From positions 1 through 31,905 of IMG/VR virus record IMGVR_UViG_3300005298_000080: a DNA stretch of 31,905 nt; one strand, written 5' to 3'. Of the stretch, positions 25,810 to 31,905 are shown in pieces. The position numbers and the translations under genes are program-made. This DNA is from a virus. Its lineage: Duplodnaviria; Caudoviricetes. Positions within the stretch are counted from its first letter, which is position 1, and each line of letters begins with the position of its first letter. Below the pieces are notes generated by a model. That model ran no database searches. It worked only from the letters and a program-made list of their open reading frames with translations, and had not been told where the DNA came from.

Positions 25810-27584
25810 GCTGTTATAGAAAACGTTGCAGAATGACTTACTGGAACGGGGTCTGGATAACCCATGGCGACAGTGATTGTCCGCCTGGGTGTCGCTGTGC
25901 CCCTCCGCTACTGCCACCTTGGATGGAACTGGAAAATGGAGCTACGTTCCTATCGGCCTGTGAACCCGATCCTGATGCCCCTGAACCTACGACGACTACT
26001 GAGTATCCTTACCAGTCTACAACTACGAGCACGACGACAACACCTCCTCCAGCGGGCTTTTGCGTTTATGAGTGGGACAGCGGGCTTTCGAGGTACGTTC
26101 TGACCGTCGAAAATTGTGAATCTGGTTATTACTGCGATAATCCACCACAAGAATTTAGAGGTTACGTTGTTGAAGTTCCTTGTGTATCCCCTGAACCTGA
26201 ACGTCCTGCTTGCTTTAACCAATTTTGCATTTATCGCCGTCGTTTTTCTGCTCCGCAATATAAAGGCTGGAGTTATGTGCTGGTGGAAAAAAGATGCATG
26301 GGTAACTGCAAGTGCAAAATTCCCGATGAATACAAGGAAATGATGACAAGGATATGGGTGGACGAGCATCCACCCTTTGCAGACATTCTAATCGTTCCAT
26401 GTGAAGAGGCAGAAGGAGATGACGATACACTAACAGATTGCGATGGCTGGGCATATTTTTATTACTCAGAAATTTCTCAACGTTGGATATGTGAAACGTG
26501 CGATCAGTTACCGCCAAACTGTGCTCCGCAAGTTAATGAGTGTATCGTTCTAGCAGACTACCCTGATGCTAAGTTCTTCTATGCCCCAATTGTATCGAAA
26601 GAAAGGGCGTTATATGATTTCAGACCGCTCGATTGTCATCTCTGCACTGGTAACTGCACATATGTCGGGCGGCACGGAACTTGGTATGTCACTGGTGACT
26701 GCGGGTTAGGTGGTGGACTCTGGCCAATAGGATCGTTTTGCTGTTGTCCATATCCTCATAGACCTCCACGATATGAAGGCGAATATATCATAACGAGATG
26801 TGGGGCCTATGATCCGTTAAGATTTTTTGGATATGCGATCACGGGCGAATATAGAATTGGGTATTTTGAAACGCCATCACGGGATCAACTTAAGGTTTAT
26901 TATGTTGATGGATATCCTATCTGTGCAACGGAATCGGAAGACGGAATACCACTGATTCCTGACTATCCAACTTTTTACTTCCCGAGCCTAGACGGATCAA
27001 CCTGTATCCACGCAAGTCAACTCGATCTTTGTGACCTAGGCCAAGACCCCGATCCTCCACTGCCTCCTCCTGGTTCTCCCTGTTATGGCTGCTCGTGTAC
27101 ATGGAGCTGGGATAGTAGACTAAAAACTTGGCGATTAGTCGAAGGATGTTATGTCGGATACCGCTGCGACGAGTGTATAGGCTGCTATCCTCCTCCTGCC
27201 TCCGGTGATGAGCTCTACATGGGCACCTACTACTCGCCCTGTTATGGACCTGACTCTACAACGACTACTACAACAACGACTACTACTACGACAACGAGCA
27301 CGACCACTACAACAACAACTACAACCACGACAACAACGACAACCACTACTACAACGACAACAACCAGCACGACAGAGGAACCAGGCACAACAACAACGGG
27401 AGAACCAGGAGGTTGTGATAATTGCCAGTGTACATGGTACTCTTATGAAGACTCTGGCGGTGGTTATTACTGGGAATTAGTTGAATGGTGTAGTGGCGGT
27501 TATTGCGACTACTGCACCTACTGTCCACAACCCAGTGAACCGCCATCAGGACCAGGACAAACAACCTATACACAGTGTATCTAA
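25806..27584 (+). CDS. Cys-rich modular tail-region protein 2 (592 aa) with a long poly-Thr linker
   Basis: About 7 more copies of the same module; 39-codon Thr/Ser tract at 27258-27374; ATGA overlap with the previous gene. Confidence 0.7.
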   Translation: MSCYRKRCRMTYWNGVWITHGDSDCPPGCRCAPPLLPPWMELENGATFLSACEPDPDAPEPTTTTEYPYQSTTTSTTTTPPPAGFCVYEWDSGLSRYVLTVENCESGYYCDNPPQEFRGYVVEVPCVSPEPERPACFNQFCIYRRRFSAPQYKGWSYVLVEKRCMGNCKCKIPDEYKEMMTRIWVDEHPPFADILIVPCEEAEGDDDTLTDCDGWAYFYYSEISQRWICETCDQLPPNCAPQVNECIVLADYPDAKFFYAPIVSKERALYDFRPLDCHLCTGNCTYVGRHGTWYVTGDCGLGGGLWPIGSFCCCPYPHRPPRYEGEYIITRCGAYDPLRFFGYAITGEYRIGYFETPSRDQLKVYYVDGYPICATESEDGIPLIPDYPTFYFPSLDGSTCIHASQLDLCDLGQDPDPPLPPPGSPCYGCSCTWSWDSRLKTWRLVEGCYVGYRCDECIGCYPPPASGDELYMGTYYSPCYGPDSTTTTTTTTTTTTTSTTTTTTTTTTTTTTTTTTTTTTSTTEEPGTTTTGEPGGCDNCQCTWYSYEDSGGGYYWELVEWCSGGYCDYCTYCPQPSEPPSGPGQTTYTQCI

Positions 27585-27586
27585 CC

Positions 27587-27835
27587 ATGAAACTAGCATA
27601 TGCAATTAACGACCACTTGTTCGTTAAAGAAAACGAAAACTCAAATATCGTCGTCTATCGTTGCTCTAAATGTTTCGCTGTTTTGGCCGTGGAAAAAGAT
27701 AAAGTTGAAGCAGCTTTGTCACGTTATCCAGGCTGCATCTCTATCGCTGTACAAGTAGATCGTGAGAAGTTAGAAAAATTACAACCAAAAAAGAAAGGCG
27801 GGTGTGGTTGTGGAAAAAGGAGGCTAAACCAATGA
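27587..27835 (+). CDS. Small Cys-containing protein
   Basis: ATG 27587; CSKC and C-terminal GGCGCGKR. Confidence 0.65.
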   Translation: MKLAYAINDHLFVKENENSNIVVYRCSKCFAVLAVEKDKVEAALSRYPGCISIAVQVDREKLEKLQPKKKGGCGCGKRRLNQ

Positions 27836-29088
27836 TTAAATATCTGCTTGCTATTTTCATCTCTTTCACAATTTGCTTTAGTTCCTTCGCTCAATGTCCC
27901 GGTGGCTTTTGTCCTTTACCACCTCAGCAAAAACAGCAAAATGATCGAGCTGCAAAATACCCAGAGTTCGTTATCGTTGAGGCAGGAATAGGCAAAGGGT
28001 CAGGCACATGCTTTTACTACGATGAAAAGAATAATGAAAGTTACGTTTTTTCAGTAGCTCATGTCGTTTCAAAGGGGCAAAGAGGAAATGTTGTTTTATA
28101 CGATGGAACCAGACTGCCCTTTATTTGCATCGACTCTAGTAGCCATAGGAACACAGTGAGAATAGGAAGCTTTATTAGTGATGATCTGCAATTAAGCGGA
28201 TTTTGGTGCTACATTGAAAATTTACAACTATGGCAGCCGGAGTATGCAATCCTAAAAGTTCACGGCAAAATCCCAAAACAGCGATTAGTCCGTGATCCTA
28301 GTGAACCCGTTAAAGTCGGTGATAAAGCATTCGTGATAGGTTGGATAGGAGGAAGAAAATTTGAGATTCGATTTGGAACTATTATTAGATTAGAAAGTGG
28401 AATTATTATTGTCGATGTACCAGCTATTCCAGGAATGTCGGGCGGTGCAATTTTAAGAGAGCACAAATCGGAACTAACACAAGAAGAACATGATGAACTT
28501 GTTGGACTTATTTCTGCAACAGATGGAAGGAACACAATCGGAGTGCCTATTAGCTACGTCATTAAAAACATCGAATATGCTTCTTGGCTTCCTTGGCGTC
28601 GATATGCAGAAGAATATGATCGACTGCAGCAAGATTATAACCGGCTACAAGATGAGTTAAACAGATTACGCGAACAATTTAATCGTTTCCAAGGGCAACA
28701 ACAGGAGCGACAAGAAAAACCACAACAAGAACAAAAAGAGGAAAAAATCGCACCACCCAATCAATCACAGCCACCCGATTTTGATACAAAAAATGGTGAT
28801 GGTGCGTTGATTGGTGGGTGGATATTTTGGGGTTTTGTCGTTGTTGTGGTTTGGCTTGCGATTCTAACTTTCTCTGGTCGTGGGTTTGTATTCAGTAGTT
28901 CGATTGCTGGTTGGATCACTAGGTTGATTCCTGGAAAAGTAGATGATGTTATTGTTGCCTTGTTAGCTCTAGGTGAAAATGCTCTGGCTGCTTACTTATC
29001 ATCAAAAGTTAAAATGTCTAAAAATAAGTTCAGACAGCTTCAAGAAACAGCCAAGAAAGTTCGGGAGGTAATAAATGACAGAAAATAG
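27832..29088 (+). CDS. Secreted, membrane-anchored trypsin-like serine protease
   Basis: ATG 27832 after AGGAGG; signal peptide MIKYLLAIFISFTICFSSFA; SVAHVV (His); PGMSGG (Ser); LVGLISA; then coiled coil, Gln-rich linker and TM helix (WIFWGFVVVVVWLAIL). Confidence 0.8.
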   Translation: MIKYLLAIFISFTICFSSFAQCPGGFCPLPPQQKQQNDRAAKYPEFVIVEAGIGKGSGTCFYYDEKNNESYVFSVAHVVSKGQRGNVVLYDGTRLPFICIDSSSHRNTVRIGSFISDDLQLSGFWCYIENLQLWQPEYAILKVHGKIPKQRLVRDPSEPVKVGDKAFVIGWIGGRKFEIRFGTIIRLESGIIIVDVPAIPGMSGGAILREHKSELTQEEHDELVGLISATDGRNTIGVPISYVIKNIEYASWLPWRRYAEEYDRLQQDYNRLQDELNRLREQFNRFQGQQQERQEKPQQEQKEEKIAPPNQSQPPDFDTKNGDGALIGGWIFWGFVVVVVWLAILTFSGRGFVFSSSIAGWITRLIPGKVDDVIVALLALGENALAAYLSSKVKMSKNKFRQLQETAKKVREVINDRK

Positions 29089-29386
29089 TTGTCCGTATCG
29101 TGAAGTTTGCATCGAACGATTTGATCTTATCGAAAAGAAGATTGAAGAGGCAAAAGCAAATAACGAGAAACTAATCGCATATATCAAGGAGCGAATCGAG
29201 AGCTTTACACAAGCTTTAGATATGCGATTAGAGGAAATGCAACGAATTATTAACCGATTGCAGGAAATTGTTTACGGAAATGGAAGTGGATTAATCGCGA
29301 AGGTTAATACGTTGTGGTATATTGTTTGGGTTTTAACTTTCGTGGTTTTTGGACAAGGAATTATAAGCGTTTTTGGATTCTTTTAA
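29075..29386 (+). CDS. Small coiled-coil protein with C-terminal TM helix (holin-like position); copy B
   Basis: Coiled coil followed by LWYIVWVLTFVVFGQGIISVFGFF; last gene of the late operon. Confidence 0.7.
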   Translation: MTENSCPYREVCIERFDLIEKKIEEAKANNEKLIAYIKERIESFTQALDMRLEEMQRIINRLQEIVYGNGSGLIAKVNTLWYIVWVLTFVVFGQGIISVFGFF

Positions 29387-29389
29387 TTA

Positions 29390-30133
29390 TTAATCTTCAT
29401 CATCAAATGGATTAATAAAACCACTAACATCTTCGTCCAATTCCTCTTTTTTGCATTTAGCATCGATCAGGTGCTTAGCGAAAAAGTCCTTGAGCCTCTT
29501 TAGTAGTTCATCTGCTTCCTTTGCTGAAATTCCTCGCCTCTTTAACATCCTCTTAAATTTTCGCTCGCCAAAGTCGTCGAATAGAACCAAATCTAGAAAT
29601 ATTTTTGCTGCTGTCCGCTCCTTCTTCGGTAACTTCCTAACTAGCCGATACGCCTCCTCTAAAAGCTTTCCCCTTCCCTTAGTTGCTTTTTGTCCTAGAT
29701 ATAACATTAGCCCCATTGGTTTTATTTGCCAGTGTGGGTTAACCTTCTTTTTGTGCTTATAATCGGTAAATAAAATCTCGTATTTCCAACAATTATCCCT
29801 TCCAATTGTGATAACATAAAAATAGTTTCTGATCGAGTTCATTATGTATGTACTCAGGCGTGTTTTATCTGGATCATAACCCGCTAAGCACCTAATAAAG
29901 AGCTCGAGAATTTCTGACTCTGTTTCCTCATCGACTTTTATACCGAAATAAGAAGAGAACTTAACTATACCATGGACTAGTAGTGGAGCATAACCTCGAA
30001 GTAAAATTTCAAATGCTTCCGAGTCGCCGCTTTTCCACCTTTCTAATAAATCCTTCTCCTCCTCTTTTGATAGCTTCCTGTGTTCCTTGGCGTAGTGAAA
30101 TAAAAGAGGAAAACGATTATGCAACTTCTTCAT
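29390..30133 (-). CDS. Sigma-70-family-like protein; allele B
   Basis: Collinear with 231..965 (37 of the first 60 residues identical by hand count); YDPDKTRLSTYIM. Confidence 0.7.
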   Translation of the reverse strand: MKKLHNRFPLLFHYAKEHRKLSKEEEKDLLERWKSGDSEAFEILLRGYAPLLVHGIVKFSSYFGIKVDEETESEILELFIRCLAGYDPDKTRLSTYIMNSIRNYFYVITIGRDNCWKYEILFTDYKHKKKVNPHWQIKPMGLMLYLGQKATKGRGKLLEEAYRLVRKLPKKERTAAKIFLDLVLFDDFGERKFKRMLKRRGISAKEADELLKRLKDFFAKHLIDAKCKKEELDEDVSGFINPFDDED

Positions 30134-30882
30134 AAAATTTCATTAGAAGAAAAAATCTGAAACAGTTTTGGGTTAGCAAAATGTTTTTTCATTTGACGTT
30201 TAATTTTCAGCCAGTTTTCAAATGTCGTTATGAAACGTTTACCTGGTTTCCTATCACGCTCTAAGATGTCAAACGGGTAACGAGCTAAGATGTTGCAAAG
30301 GACATAACGAGCTTTTGCTTTTGTTTTGAGAACACTGCAAACATGAGATAGTTCACGATTGATATCGCCGTATCTAAAAATGAGAGGAGATAGATCGCCA
30401 TCTAAACCACTATTAAACAACGCCTCTCTTTTCTTCAACAAGCAATTGTTCAAGGCAACAAGGCAAACCTGTAAATCTTGTAATGTAAAAATTCGTTGGA
30501 CTTCTTTTAAGTCAATCTGGATAATTGGATGTTCTTTTTCTAACAGGCTATATAAACTCGTTCCTTTTGCCTTCACTAACACACGCCCTTTGACCCTCTT
30601 CCAGGTGGCGTAGGTTATGTGATATAAAAAATAACATCGCGTGATATAGAAAGGAAAAGGCAAACGCTTTCTTATCTTATCTAGATATCTAAACCCGCGA
30701 ATGTCCAACTTCAGGGCTTCCACGATTGCTTTTAACGACCTCACGATATCCTTACTATAGATGTCGAAGCCGGTATAGTCTAATGATAATTTCAGTTTTT
30801 CATACTCAACCTTCTGCTGATTTATTAGATTATTGATCGAAACGTAAACTAAAAATCGCATTATCTGCGAGCTATAACCCAT
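30130..30882 (-). CDS. Hypothetical basic protein; allele B
   Basis: Shares YVS.NN.IN, TGFDI, YHITY..W, LLEK.HPI, ALNN.LLKKR, FE.WL, HFAN.KL with 962..1714. Confidence 0.8.
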   Translation of the reverse strand: MGYSSQIMRFLVYVSINNLINQQKVEYEKLKLSLDYTGFDIYSKDIVRSLKAIVEALKLDIRGFRYLDKIRKRLPFPFYITRCYFLYHITYATWKRVKGRVLVKAKGTSLYSLLEKEHPIIQIDLKEVQRIFTLQDLQVCLVALNNCLLKKREALFNSGLDGDLSPLIFRYGDINRELSHVCSVLKTKAKARYVLCNILARYPFDILERDRKPGKRFITTFENWLKIKRQMKKHFANPKLFQIFSSNEIL

Positions 30883-30932
30883 CTCCTCCTCCTTTCAAAC
30901 AATTATATATAATTTGGTGGAGGTGAAAAACG
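30883..30932. promoter_or_regulatory. Compact divergent control region B
   Basis: CTCCTCCTCC (minus-strand SD), palindrome AATTATATATAATT (30901-30914), GGAGGTG (plus-strand SD). Confidence 0.6.
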
Positions 30933-31379
30933 ATGATAGCAAAAAGAGAGTTCAACCCGGAATATATCTACTACAAAGGACAGAAATGGATCAGACTAGA
31001 TGATAGACGCAAACTCAGAAAAGGATCATACTCTAAACGCACCTTTTACGACTGTAATAGCATACATGTCGGATCAAAAACTTATGTTCGCGAGGATGTG
31101 CTTTATGAGCCGGTGAACAAAACGCGGACATATATAGTCTACAGAGAAGGAAAACATGTGCGTGCGGAGGCCTTTTTCTATGAGGGCGAGTGGTACGTTT
31201 CTCAGAGAGCAATGATGAAGATTGTTTATGCTTATCATGTTGAAGGCTTAGAGAAACTAAGATTTTATGTACATGGGAAAGTTTATTACAAAACGAGTGA
31301 GTTAAGACAGTTTTTACGAGAAAAGCTAATATCAACTGACTGGATAGATCATGAAATCGTTAGAGCTAGTAAAATCTGA
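30933..31379 (+). CDS. Hypothetical basic protein; allele B
   Basis: YKGQKWI / FKGRKWV, AFFYEGEWYV / AFNLYGRRYI, YVHGKVYY / YFHGGAYY link it to 1764..2231. Confidence 0.75.
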   Translation: MIAKREFNPEYIYYKGQKWIRLDDRRKLRKGSYSKRTFYDCNSIHVGSKTYVREDVLYEPVNKTRTYIVYREGKHVRAEAFFYEGEWYVSQRAMMKIVYAYHVEGLEKLRFYVHGKVYYKTSELRQFLREKLISTDWIDHEIVRASKI

Positions 31380-31767
31380 TCTTTTATTAAATTTCGTCGA
31401 GACGAGAGAGAGAAACAGAGAACGGTGTTATATAAGGTGTAACGCAATCGTTTTTCCAAACGAGCTCGACTCAGCCTGTGAGTCATACATGTACTATCTC
31501 CTCTGGTGTATCTCTGAGGAGCGAGCCGCGATCGCTGTCACCAAGGACTTCTTTCTGATCGACACCGGTCCCTCGATTCTGAGTGTGGGTGAGGCAGTAA
31601 GGTTGCTCGGTAGAGAGCTAGGGGTAGTTGAGTTAGTCATGCCGGGGGTGATCGGGGGTAAAATGGAGGAGCGGGTATGGAAGGCTATAGATAAGTTAAG
31701 GGTGGCAGAAAAGGAAAAGAGGCTGAATGTTTATCGAAAAAAGCAAATTTATAAGAATTCGAATTAA
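31351..31767 (+). CDS. Hypothetical protein; allele B
   Basis: Homolog of 2170..2622; near-identical from GRELGVVELVMPG to the end. Confidence 0.75.
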   Translation: MKSLELVKSDLLLNFVETRERNRERCYIRCNAIVFPNELDSACESYMYYLLWCISEERAAIAVTKDFFLIDTGPSILSVGEAVRLLGRELGVVELVMPGVIGGKMEERVWKAIDKLRVAEKEKRLNVYRKKQIYKNSN

Positions 31768-31905
31768 AAAAATTTTATTTGCCTCGGACACACCTATATA
31801 ATATATAGTGGAAGGGGGCAGCTGGAAAAAAGAAAAACCCATGAACCAACGGATGCCTAGGAGCGTATAATAGATGTAGGTGGGACCCCGACCCGTGGTG
31901 GTGTC

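Larger units (their letters stand above)
1..29168. mobile_element. One full unit of a tailed dsDNA phage (siphovirus-like, HK97-type head), ~29.2 kb, circular or tandem
   Basis: Complete replication, packaging, head and tail modules. The sequence at position 1 recurs at 29169 (offset 29168) and gene order restarts there. Confidence 0.9.

Noticed and set aside
27258-27374. Phase-variable microsatellite
   Set aside because: Codons are mixed and in frame; there is no pure repeat unit.

Overview
The window holds one apparently complete ~29.2 kb siphovirus-type (HK97-fold) phage genome plus a further ~2.7 kb that runs past the starting point: 1-218 recurs at 29169-29386 and 2467-2764 recurs at 31612-31905. 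Gene order: a divergent four-gene regulatory cassette that includes a degenerate sigma-70-like protein; a structured leader; two excisionase-type HTH genes; Prim-Pol and SF3-like helicase; an origin built from ATCTCCTGCA iterons; a second ATPase homolog with a dead P-loop; TerS-HNH-TerL; portal; ClpP-type protease; capsid; head-tail and tail genes, including a -1 frameshift chaperone; tape measure; two very Cys-rich modular tail-region proteins; and, where lysis genes normally sit, a secreted membrane-anchored trypsin-like protease and a small membrane protein. I recognise no integrase, CI-type repressor or endolysin. Main observations: (1) the four-gene cassette is present as two strongly diverged alleles between near-identical flanks, like a swappable immunity or specificity module; (2) a perfect TTGACA-17-TATAAT promoter and an intrinsic terminator on the minus strand inside the helicase gene define a ~65 nt antisense RNA; (3) a ~45-55 aa Cys/Trp module occurs about 14 times in the tail region; (4) a protease replaces the expected endolysin. 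The two alleles could be a true tandem arrangement or two co-occurring phage variants joined by the assembler; the sequence alone cannot distinguish these. All family calls come from motif recognition by eye, not database searches.
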